NCBI GenBank assembly: GCA_944363575.1
Contig: CALVUJ010000024.1
Location: forward strand, 144,107 to 208,106
Length of the DNA: 64,000 nt
Direction of reading: 5' to 3'
DNA from: an uncultured Bacilli bacterium
GTDB lineage: Bacteria > Bacillota_I > Bacilli_A > RFN20 > DUOF01
The notes under the pieces are model-generated. The model ran no database searches. It was not told the DNA's origin and saw nothing but the letters and a program-made list of their open reading frames with translations. Position 1 is the stretch's first letter, and every line of letters begins with the position of its first letter. Both the position numbers and the translations under genes were made by a program. Shown in pieces: positions 27,581-36,303 of the stretch.

Positions 27581-28902
27581 AATATTTCTCCTTTCATCTC
27601 ATAATCATTATCTTTTTCTATTAAATCAGTAATTATTACTTCTTTAAACTCATTTAATAAACTCTCATCACCAACACAACGAACTTTAATATAGTTACCG
27701 GTATAACCACTAACCATCCCACTTTCATTATCATAAGTTTCAAACAAAACTTCCCTTTTTTTATTTAAAAACTTACTATAATACTCTTTTCCTAATCTCT
27801 TAGACAAACTTATTAACTCATTAACCCTCTTTTTCTTAACCTCCCCACTAACCTGCTCTTTCATTTTAGAAGCTACTGTACCACTTCTACTAGAAAAAGG
27901 AAAAACATGCACTTTCGTAAACCCTATCTCTTGAATAGTTTTCATCGTTTCCTTAAATTCTTCTTCGCTTTCCCCTGGAAAACCTACGATTACATCCGTT
28001 GTTAAACTACAATCTTCCATATTTTCTCTAATTACCTGAACTCTCTTAGAAAAATAATCTAAATCATACTTTCTATTCATTTTCTTTAAAATAGTATCGC
28101 TCCCTGCTTGTAAAGGAATATGAAAATGATTAACAAAACACTTATGCTCTTTCATAATTTTTAAAACATGATCATTTAATTCATGTATCTCAATTGAAGA
28201 AATCCTAATTCTCGCCTTATCTTGCACTACATTAGCTAAATCCTCCAACAAATTTTCAAAACGATAATTAACAAAATCTAAGCCATAAGCACCAGTATGA
28301 ATACCAGTTAAAACAATCTCTTTATACCCATTATCTACTAATCTTTTAGCCTCTTTTAAAATTAAATCTTTATTTTTTGAACGAACACGTCCCCTAGTAT
28401 AAGGAATAATACAATAACTACAAAAATTATTACACCCATCTTCAATCTTTAAATATGCCCTAGTATTAGAAAAATAATCTACTACTTCTAAATTCTCAAA
28501 ATCTCTAAACGTATTACTATCTTCTATTAAAACAATTTGTTTTCTTTCTTTCTCAAACTCTTTAATTAACTCCACCATTTTATCCCGATACTTAGTACCT
28601 ATAACTATACTAACACCATCAATATTTACAACTTCATTAGCCTTAACTTGACTATAACACCCCATCACACACACAATAGCACCTGGATTACTATTAATCT
28701 CATGTCTAATCTTTTGCCTAGACTTACTATCACTAGTAGAGGTAACACTACACGTATTAACAACAATTACATCAGCCTTATCCTCACTTCTAACAAATCC
28801 TTCCTTAATTAACATATTGGATATTGCTTCACTCTCATAAGCATTAACTTTACACCCTAACGTAACAACCTTAAATTTTTTCATTAACTTCACCACACTC
28901 AT
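27577..28902 (-). CDS. mtaB: Radical-SAM tRNA methylthiotransferase MtaB (YqeV)
   Basis: An MTTase N-terminus is followed by the radical SAM motif CNNFCSYCIIP and a TRAM-like C-terminus. The position after rsmE matches the Bacillus yqeU–yqeV order. Confidence 0.8.
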   Translation of the reverse strand: MSVVKLMKKFKVVTLGCKVNAYESEAISNMLIKEGFVRSEDKADVIVVNTCSVTSTSDSKSRQKIRHEINSNPGAIVCVMGCYSQVKANEVVNIDGVSIVIGTKYRDKMVELIKEFEKERKQIVLIEDSNTFRDFENLEVVDYFSNTRAYLKIEDGCNNFCSYCIIPYTRGRVRSKNKDLILKEAKRLVDNGYKEIVLTGIHTGAYGLDFVNYRFENLLEDLANVVQDKARIRISSIEIHELNDHVLKIMKEHKCFVNHFHIPLQAGSDTILKKMNRKYDLDYFSKRVQVIRENMEDCSLTTDVIVGFPGESEEEFKETMKTIQEIGFTKVHVFPFSSRSGTVASKMKEQVSGEVKKKRVNELISLSKRLGKEYYSKFLNKKREVLFETYDNESGMVSGYTGNYIKVRCVGDESLLNEFKEVIITDLIEKDNDYEMKGEIL

Positions 28903-29632
28903 ACATATAACTAATTATACTCAATAAAAACAAAGGTGCCGTTTCACTTCTTAAAATTCTTTTACCTAAAGAAACAACCTCAAACCCATTATTAACCAAA
29001 TAATCAATCTCTCGCTGCTCAAACCCACCTTCAGGCCCAACCACTAAAGTAACACTATCAAACCTATTACTTAATAACTTATTTAATTTATTACACCCTT
29101 CATTACTAACATCTTCATACGCTACTATATTAAGTTTAGATTTATAATTTAATAAACTATCTTCATCACATATTCTCTCTACTTTAACTAATTTATTTCT
29201 TTTAGCTTGCTCACTAGCTTCTTTAGCTATCTTATTCCATCTCTCTACTTTCTTATCCTCTTTATCCCTAGAAATAACACTAATGCTTCTACATGCCTTA
29301 TAAGGAACAATAGTCCTAACACCTAACTCCGTAGCTTTCTGCACTACAAAATCAAATTTATCCCCCTTAGGCAAACCATAAATCAAAGTAACATCACAAT
29401 CTAATTCGTTATTAATAACTGTTTCCCTAACAATCTCCACATTAACTTTCTTATTAATAAATTTAATAACGCATTCATATATTTTATCTTCATAACTCAC
29501 ATAAACAAGATCATTATCTTTCATTCTCATAACTTTTTCGATATGAAATAAATCTTGATCATCAAGAACAAATCGATTATTAATCTTATCTTTAGCAAAA
29601 TATTGTTGCATACCATTCACCACCAATATCAT
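28871..29632 (-). CDS. rsmE: 16S rRNA (uracil1498-N3)-methyltransferase RsmE
   Basis: The C-terminal SPOUT motif is LVVGPEGGFEQREI...LGKRILRSETAPL. Confidence 0.8.
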   Translation of the reverse strand: MILVVNGMQQYFAKDKINNRFVLDDQDLFHIEKVMRMKDNDLVYVSYEDKIYECVIKFINKKVNVEIVRETVINNELDCDVTLIYGLPKGDKFDFVVQKATELGVRTIVPYKACRSISVISRDKEDKKVERWNKIAKEASEQAKRNKLVKVERICDEDSLLNYKSKLNIVAYEDVSNEGCNKLNKLLSNRFDSVTLVVGPEGGFEQREIDYLVNNGFEVVSLGKRILRSETAPLFLLSIISYMYECGEVNEKI

Positions 29633-29645
29633 ACCATATTAACGT

Positions 29646-29677
29646 AAAAAAAGCCCCTATAAAGAGGCCTTTTTTTA
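29646..29677 (-). terminator. Intrinsic terminator downstream of the hydrolase-membrane gene pair
   Basis: On the minus strand, aggcctctttataggggct is followed by ttttttt. Confidence 0.5.
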
Positions 29678-29693
29678 TAACTAATCTTTTAAA

Positions 29694-31805
29694 TTACATA
29701 GCTAATAAGTAAACAGTCGTATTAGCAATAGCAATCATTGTAAACAAGAAAGTATTAAAGAATGCACTAGTCCAAACATTGTTTGTTTTCTCATAGAACT
29801 TTCTAGCAAAAATAGCAGCAACAGCAAGTGAAGGAATTAATCCAAATAACAAGATAGGTTCTAATGATAAATCAGCAACACCAGCTGTACCTGTAATAAA
29901 TAACTTTCCATAATGCCATGCTAAGAACAACAACAATCCACCAATATTTAATGCCAATGCATATAAATAACCTTTCCATCCCTTAACATTCTTCGTATTA
30001 CTTGTAACCACAATACTATTAATGAAATAGTATACAAAATAAACAGGAACATAACGTAAGAATGATACAAAATGATGCCATTCAAATGATTTAATTGCAT
30101 AAACCCATAATCTAAAGTCAGTATTAAATATCCAACCAACTAAGAATACAATTGCATATAAACCAACGAACAAAATAACGGAAATAAGAAAAGCTAAACA
30201 AACTTGTTTAAATGAAGCCACTAAACCATAAGATTTAATAGTAACTTCATCTTTCCTTCTTACGATGTAATGAACTATGACTAAAGTAAGTAAAGCAATA
30301 CCAGCACTAATTAATGCCCAAAAACCAATACTACTAGCAGTAGGTGCATTATAATAATAACCAGTCTTTAAAATATCAAAATTATTTGCTAAATAACGAA
30401 CAAATAATGCTACAAAACTAATCATAATAGCGCCTTTAGTAATACCCCATGCTACTTCACGAGATTTAACAGACTCTTCTTCCGTTTTAAACATTCTAGA
30501 AACAAGATAAATAATCCAACCTGCTACTGCAAAAACAGTACATATATAGATAATATCTTCCATTAAATCAGAGAACATTGGTAGTTTCTCACCTGAACTA
30601 ATGAATGTAGGGAAATAATAAGCAGGAATAAGTGAAGTAACAAGTGCTACAACAGCTAATCCTATTTTCTTTCCTTTTGAAGTTTCTTTCTCTACTGGAA
30701 TAGCAGAGTCATCTGTTCTAACTTTAGCAAAGAAAGGAACTTTTAATAACATAGCCAAAGCAGGAACAATAGCTACTAATAAACCTATCAAAGCGATAAA
30801 TTCAAAAGTTTCCTTTAACCACCATGTTTGCCCACCCATATCATCTGCAGAAAATTCACTAGCTAAACCAGCCTTTTCTAATTGATATGAGAAAGCTTCT
30901 TCATAGAAATCAATCATATAACCAGTAGTTTCTGTAGAAAAATGATTCCAAGGATGGATTTCATAAGGAGTATAAATAACTCTTTGTCCATCAGTAGCAT
31001 TTACTTCATAAATTTTACCTGCTTCAAACTCTTCATTTTCACTCAAAGTATATCCAGCAGATTTCAAGAAGCTTTGACCTTCTTCTGTTTCAACATAATC
31101 TTTATAACCAACCGTATTTCTTCCAAGTTCACCATCATCACCAAAGAACTCATCAAAATGTGCAAGAATCATACCAGATGATCTAGTACCATACATATTA
31201 ATAATAGACTCATTAGTATACCTATAATCAGCACCAACAGTTAAACTTACAGCAATCTTTAAATGACCTTGAGTACCATAAGCCAAAGTATCATACATAA
31301 CAGCCATTTCTGTTGAGAACCCACCCATTGAGTGCCCACTAACAGCTATCATACCATTACCATTAGCATCTTTTAAAGTATATGGCTGATCATAAACCCA
31401 CTTTACAGCATCCCATAAAGATACAGTATAAAAAGCGAATTGTGCAGGAGTTGTCCAAGTAGACTCTCCATGATCATACATATCTAATGCTAATACAATA
31501 TAACCCCTCTTAGATAATTCAATCGCAGGAGCATCTTGCATTTCTTTTGAGTTTAGATACCCATGTGTTGTAACAATTACAGGACACGGATTATCTTTAT
31601 CACACCCTTTTGGAGTGTAAAGTAAACCTTCAAGTTGTCCCTCATATTCTTCGCCAAAAGCAGTACCTTCTGTTTCAAAAGCCACATTTTTAACTTTTAC
31701 AGAATATAAGGAAGTATTAACCATATTAGCTAACAAACTAAACAAAATCACGACACCCATACAAAGAGTAAATAACCATACAGGTGTTTTTAAAATTTTT
31801 TTCAT
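29694..31805 (-). CDS. Exported alpha/beta-hydrolase fused to a C-terminal polytopic membrane domain (paralog B)
   Basis: It has a signal anchor, the VTTHGYLNSKEMQDAPAIELSKRGYIVLALDMYDHG segment and the nucleophile elbow GHSMGG. About 8 or more hydrophobic helices follow from residue 330 onward. The AAGGGGG ribosome-binding site lies 17 nt after the upstream paralog. Confidence 0.6.
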   Translation of the reverse strand: MKKILKTPVWLFTLCMGVVILFSLLANMVNTSLYSVKVKNVAFETEGTAFGEEYEGQLEGLLYTPKGCDKDNPCPVIVTTHGYLNSKEMQDAPAIELSKRGYIVLALDMYDHGESTWTTPAQFAFYTVSLWDAVKWVYDQPYTLKDANGNGMIAVSGHSMGGFSTEMAVMYDTLAYGTQGHLKIAVSLTVGADYRYTNESIINMYGTRSSGMILAHFDEFFGDDGELGRNTVGYKDYVETEEGQSFLKSAGYTLSENEEFEAGKIYEVNATDGQRVIYTPYEIHPWNHFSTETTGYMIDFYEEAFSYQLEKAGLASEFSADDMGGQTWWLKETFEFIALIGLLVAIVPALAMLLKVPFFAKVRTDDSAIPVEKETSKGKKIGLAVVALVTSLIPAYYFPTFISSGEKLPMFSDLMEDIIYICTVFAVAGWIIYLVSRMFKTEEESVKSREVAWGITKGAIMISFVALFVRYLANNFDILKTGYYYNAPTASSIGFWALISAGIALLTLVIVHYIVRRKDEVTIKSYGLVASFKQVCLAFLISVILFVGLYAIVFLVGWIFNTDFRLWVYAIKSFEWHHFVSFLRYVPVYFVYYFINSIVVTSNTKNVKGWKGYLYALALNIGGLLLFLAWHYGKLFITGTAGVADLSLEPILLFGLIPSLAVAAIFARKFYEKTNNVWTSAFFNTFLFTMIAIANTTVYLLAM

Positions 31806-31822
31806 TATTTACCCCCTTTCAA

Positions 31823-34129
31823 TTACATTGATAACAAATAAATAGTAGTATTAGCCACAGTAATTAATGTAAATAACATTGAATTCAAGAAGGCAGCAAC
31901 CCACACATTATTTGTCTTTTCATAAATCTTCTTAGCAAAAACAGCAGCTAAAGCAAGAGATGGTATTAAACCATACAATAAAATTGGTTGTAATGCAAGT
32001 GTAGGAAAAGCACCAACACCCGTTAAGAATAACTTACCATAATGCCATATTAAGAATAAGATTAATCCACCTGCATTTAATGCCATTGCATATAAATAAC
32101 CTTTAAAGCCCTTAACATCTTTAGTATTAACAGCTACAACAATAGCATTAATAAAGTAATAGATAAAGAATACTGGAGTATACTTTAAGAATGCCACAAA
32201 GTGATGAGCACCAAATGTTTTAACAGCATATACCCATAACCTAAAGTCTGTTTTAAAGATTAAATCAACTAAGAATACAATTACATAAATACCTACAATA
32301 ACAGCAAGAGCTAAAACAAATGCAATACCAACTTGTTTTAACGATGCCTTTAATCCATAAGACTTAATTGTAGCCCCATCTTTTTTATTTACAGTATAGT
32401 GAGTAATTACTAAAGAAAGTAAAGAAATACATGCACTAATTAAAGCCCAATAACCAATTGAATTAGTCGTAGGAGCATTCCACCAATATCCTTCTTTTAA
32501 AATATCTCCTGCATTAACACACAAATACCTTAAAGCTAAAGCAATAAGAGCAACAACTAAGCAACTCTTTGTAACTTTCCAAGCATAAGCACTTGCTTTG
32601 TTAGTAGTCTCTTCTCCTTTACTAACACGTGACACTATAACAGCAACCCATAAAGCTACAATTAATACAAATAAGATATAAATAATACCTTCAGCTATTC
32701 TAGTGAAAATACTCAAATCAGCTGATTTTGTAATAAATGTAGGGAAATAGTAAGCAGGAATAAGCGATACTAATAATGAACTTATCACTAAGCCAATCTT
32801 CTTACCTTTATTTGCCTTCTTATTATCTTCACTAACTTCTTCTTCACTAGTAACAGTCTCACCTTCAACAGTAACAACACTTGCAAAGAAAGGAACCTTT
32901 AATAATAAAGTAATCATAGGAATTATTGCTAAAAATAAACCTATCATAGCAACAAACTCAAAACCTTCCTTTAACCACCAAGTTTGTCCTCCACCACTAG
33001 TTAAATCTAACGCATTAAAATCTAAATCAGCATGTAATCCCATCTGATATTCAAATGCTTCATTGTAAAATTCAATCATATAAGCAGTAGATTCTGTAGA
33101 AAAATGATTTTGTGGATGTGTTTCATAAGGTGTATAAATAACTCTTTGACCAGTATATGTCTCACCAGTTGTTACATAATTACCATCATCATCTAATTTA
33201 ACATCATAAAACACCCCAGCAGCATATTCTTCATCAACACCTAAATTAGTACCATTACCTAAATAGTAACGGCCAGTATCAGTATCAACAAAATCTTTAT
33301 AAACAACTGTATCATTTGGGAAATTATAGCCTGAACTAGAATCACCAGCTACAATTTCACTACCTCTATCTAAAAAGAAAAATTCATCAAAATGACCAGC
33401 AATTGTACCACTAGTACGATCTGCATAAGTTGCTAAAATTTCTTCATGAGATTTAATAACTCTCATTTCTTCAGGAGTTCTAGCATCAGGTGACTCCATT
33501 CTTTTAAAGTCAGCACCTGCAGCTAAATTAATAGCAATCTTACGATGTGCCGTAGTAGGATCAGCAGCTACCATTTCTTGATAGTTCAATTCATCCCAAT
33601 AAATAGCAAGATGAGATGAAAAACCACCCATTGAATGACCACTAACAGCAATCATACCATCACCATCAGCAGCCTTTAATACATAATCTTTTTCATACAT
33701 TACCTTTACAGCATCCCACAAAGCAGTTTGCCAGAAAGTAAATGTAGCAGGAGTATCCCAAGTAGAATCTCCATGATCATACATGTCTAATGCTAATACA
33801 ATATAACCCCTCTTAGATAATTCAATCGCAGGAGCATCTTGCATTTCTTTTGAGTTTAGATAACCATGTGTTGTAATAATTAATGGACATGGCTTATCGT
33901 TACTACAAGTATCAGGCATATATAACAAACCAGAAAGTTTACCATTATTATTACCAGTCTCTAATGTAACTTCATCAACATCAACTTTATAAAATGAAGT
34001 ATTAGCCATTTGAGCAAAAATGCTTCCTAGTAATACAAGAATCATCGCCAATGATAATAACCATGTTGGTTTTTTAAAATTTTTCATAAAACTTTTAAAA
34101 CGACATTCTTTTTTTACATTTTCTTCCAT
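31823..34129 (-). CDS. Exported alpha/beta-hydrolase fused to a C-terminal polytopic membrane domain (paralog A)
   Basis: It has the same architecture as paralog B. The 35-aa TTHGYLNS...MYDHG block is identical and GHSMGG is present. The internal ATG at 34087 aligns with the start of paralog B and is an alternative start. Confidence 0.6.
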   Translation of the reverse strand: MEENVKKECRFKSFMKNFKKPTWLLSLAMILVLLGSIFAQMANTSFYKVDVDEVTLETGNNNGKLSGLLYMPDTCSNDKPCPLIITTHGYLNSKEMQDAPAIELSKRGYIVLALDMYDHGDSTWDTPATFTFWQTALWDAVKVMYEKDYVLKAADGDGMIAVSGHSMGGFSSHLAIYWDELNYQEMVAADPTTAHRKIAINLAAGADFKRMESPDARTPEEMRVIKSHEEILATYADRTSGTIAGHFDEFFFLDRGSEIVAGDSSSGYNFPNDTVVYKDFVDTDTGRYYLGNGTNLGVDEEYAAGVFYDVKLDDDGNYVTTGETYTGQRVIYTPYETHPQNHFSTESTAYMIEFYNEAFEYQMGLHADLDFNALDLTSGGGQTWWLKEGFEFVAMIGLFLAIIPMITLLLKVPFFASVVTVEGETVTSEEEVSEDNKKANKGKKIGLVISSLLVSLIPAYYFPTFITKSADLSIFTRIAEGIIYILFVLIVALWVAVIVSRVSKGEETTNKASAYAWKVTKSCLVVALIALALRYLCVNAGDILKEGYWWNAPTTNSIGYWALISACISLLSLVITHYTVNKKDGATIKSYGLKASLKQVGIAFVLALAVIVGIYVIVFLVDLIFKTDFRLWVYAVKTFGAHHFVAFLKYTPVFFIYYFINAIVVAVNTKDVKGFKGYLYAMALNAGGLILFLIWHYGKLFLTGVGAFPTLALQPILLYGLIPSLALAAVFAKKIYEKTNNVWVAAFLNSMLFTLITVANTTIYLLSM

Positions 34130-34340
34130 TAAAGAAAATTCCCTCCTTTTTATTTATATTTCCCAAAAAAATAAATAAAATAGCAAATTTTCCCTCCCTT
34201 CCTTTGTTATTTATTTTTCTGCAAAACAACAAAAGACACATAAAACAAAACTTAACTACAAATTAATTATAAAAAATAAAAAGCTTTTACTCAACTAAAT
34301 AAACCTTTTTTCTAGATATTTTTCTATTTATTTCCCAAAT

Positions 34341-34363
34341 AAAAAAAAGCAACATATGTTGCT
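34341..34363 (-). terminator. Intrinsic terminator of the TasA/SipW/AAA+ operon
   Basis: The perfect palindrome agcaacatatgttgct is followed on the minus strand by tttttttt. It lies 3 nt after the stop codon of the 83-aa ORF. Confidence 0.55.
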
Positions 34364-34366
34364 CCC

Positions 34367-34618
34367 TTAACCATGTAACCCGTTACTTTGCCTTTGCATA
34401 TCCTCAACCACAATATCAAAAATATCACCAATCGAGGCACAATATTTCAAAACTTCCCATGGAGTATTCGTATGAAAATGAATTTTAATCAAGTTTTCAT
34501 CCCCCACCACTAACAAACAATCACCTTCAATATTATTTCTAATATAATCACTAATATCATCTTCAGACAAATTATTTCCCTCTATCAATAACTGCGTATC
34601 ATACTTATACTCTAACAT
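34367..34618 (-). CDS. Small 83-aa protein, last gene of the operon
   Basis: An AGGAG ribosome-binding site is coupled to the upstream gene. The segment CLLVVGDENLIKIHFHTNTPW resembles the C-terminal domain of DAK2/FakA-type proteins. This is a weak, memory-based similarity. Confidence 0.4.
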   Translation of the reverse strand: MLEYKYDTQLLIEGNNLSEDDISDYIRNNIEGDCLLVVGDENLIKIHFHTNTPWEVLKYCASIGDIFDIVVEDMQRQSNGLHG

Positions 34619-34629
34619 TCTATCACTCC

Positions 34630-36288
34630 TTATTTACTATTCTTCTCTAATAAAACTTGTTTTCTTTTAGCTCTCTTCTCTTTATTAACCTTATTCATAG
34701 CCTCTACTTTTTTATCAATCTCTTTTATCTTAACCTCATAAACTTTAATTTTTTTCTTATACTTTACAATATTCTCTTTCCATGCCACTTGCATCTTCTT
34801 TAGATTAACAATTTCTTTTTTATTATCTACAACATTAACTTTATTATTAATTTCCTGCTTAAGCATATAAATAGTACCATGACTCTTTTCAATATTACTA
34901 TCACAAATCTTAATTTTATTCATTAAAACATTAATTCTATTATTAAAAATATATTTACGATCTCTAACCTTCTTAACAGCCTTAGACTCTTGCTCAATAA
35001 TAGCCTTTTCTTTTCTAATACGAGCCCTCCTCATCATCTCTTTACGAGCTTCACTCTTTTGCTTCAACAACTCATCAATTTCCTTTTGTTTCAGCCTAAT
35101 ATATTCCCTTTTATCATTTTCTATTTCCTTCAATTCTTGCTCTTTTTGCCTATGTTTTTCAATAGTAAGACTAAGCTGCTCCTTCAAATAAGCCTTCTCC
35201 TTAATTAACTCTTCTAATTGTTTAGCCTTATCTTCACCAAATAAATATGGATCAATCTCTTCTCTTACTTCCACATTCTCATTATTATCCATAACTTTTT
35301 TAATCTTTTTAATTTTATTATTTTTAATAACTAAATTAATAGATTTCTTTAATGCCTCATTATACTTTTCATTATCTTTTTGACAAGCATCAACTGCAGA
35401 ATACATATACATTATAGCCTTATTCATCTTCTTCTTATACTTATCAGTTAACTCAATAGGAATCTTCTCAACCCTAAAATCCAAAACCATACCCTCATAA
35501 TTACTAATATAATTCCATAAATTATAACAAATATTATAATTAGGCTCCTTAGTAATAATATTTGTTCTTTTAATTGCTCCTACTAAAGGCCTAGCCTCTG
35601 CTAACCTTTTCATAAACATACTACCATAAACTCTACCTAATGTTCTTCTAATCCATGCTACTCTTCTAAACAAATCATCCATCTTCATAATATCATCTTT
35701 ATTAAAATTATCCGTAACAATATCTAAATTCATCTCAAAATTAACCCTAGAATTCTTAATATTAAAAGTCGTTTTATTCTTTAAAGCCGTCAAAGAAGAA
35801 AAATCAATATCATCTAAAAACTCACTAAATCTCCTATCAAAAAAAGTAGCTAAATTTAAAATTAATGACTTAATAAAAATATTCTCATATAAAACAAAAT
35901 TATCATCAGATAACCCCGTCAAAATCCTTGTAGGAACAACCATTCCATCTTCATCAACTCTACTAATCAAATGAGAATGACTAGATAAATGCTTAATAGA
36001 AGCCGTACCCGTTTTCCTAGCTAACTCAACGGGAATAATTTCATAATCGGTCTTTAAAAACTGCTTAGGTGCTCTAGTAATAATATCAAGTGCTACTAAA
36101 CCATTCTCAATCATTTTCAAACACTCTTCATCATATTCCCTAACAACAACTTTAGTTATATGGTCAATTTTAATATCTGCTTTATCAAATCCATTACTAA
36201 ACAATGCATAAAAAGTATCATCTTTACCAACATTATCATGACGACGACTAAGTTTTTCCCAAAATCTCTTAATAATATCCACAGCCAT
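34630..36288 (-). CDS. Protein with a ~330-aa N-terminal domain and a long Lys/Glu-rich coiled coil; putative partner (McrC position) of the McrB-like GTPase
   Basis: It is translationally coupled, with an AGGAGG ribosome-binding site 6 nt after the AAA+ gene. Residues 330 to 552 are highly charged heptad-like repeats. No clear PD-(D/E)xK motif was seen. Confidence 0.5.
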   Translation of the reverse strand: MAVDIIKRFWEKLSRRHDNVGKDDTFYALFSNGFDKADIKIDHITKVVVREYDEECLKMIENGLVALDIITRAPKQFLKTDYEIIPVELARKTGTASIKHLSSHSHLISRVDEDGMVVPTRILTGLSDDNFVLYENIFIKSLILNLATFFDRRFSEFLDDIDFSSLTALKNKTTFNIKNSRVNFEMNLDIVTDNFNKDDIMKMDDLFRRVAWIRRTLGRVYGSMFMKRLAEARPLVGAIKRTNIITKEPNYNICYNLWNYISNYEGMVLDFRVEKIPIELTDKYKKKMNKAIMYMYSAVDACQKDNEKYNEALKKSINLVIKNNKIKKIKKVMDNNENVEVREEIDPYLFGEDKAKQLEELIKEKAYLKEQLSLTIEKHRQKEQELKEIENDKREYIRLKQKEIDELLKQKSEARKEMMRRARIRKEKAIIEQESKAVKKVRDRKYIFNNRINVLMNKIKICDSNIEKSHGTIYMLKQEINNKVNVVDNKKEIVNLKKMQVAWKENIVKYKKKIKVYEVKIKEIDKKVEAMNKVNKEKRAKRKQVLLEKNSK

Positions 36289-36303
36289 CTTCTTAACCTC
36301 CTA

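Noticed and set aside
34150-34350. Two copies of atttatttcccaaa(a/t)aaaaaa about 170 nt apart, upstream of the hydrolase-membrane genes
   Set aside because: They are short and A/T-rich and could arise by chance in this composition. They may be UP-element-like or terminator-proximal sequence. They are not convincing as a discrete element.
35000-35300. Lys/Glu-rich repetitive stretch in the 552-aa protein and the KKDxxG repeats in the 623-aa linker as possible DNA tandem repeats
   Set aside because: The repeats are at protein level (coiled-coil heptads and a charged linker). The nucleotide sequence is not a clean tandem repeat.
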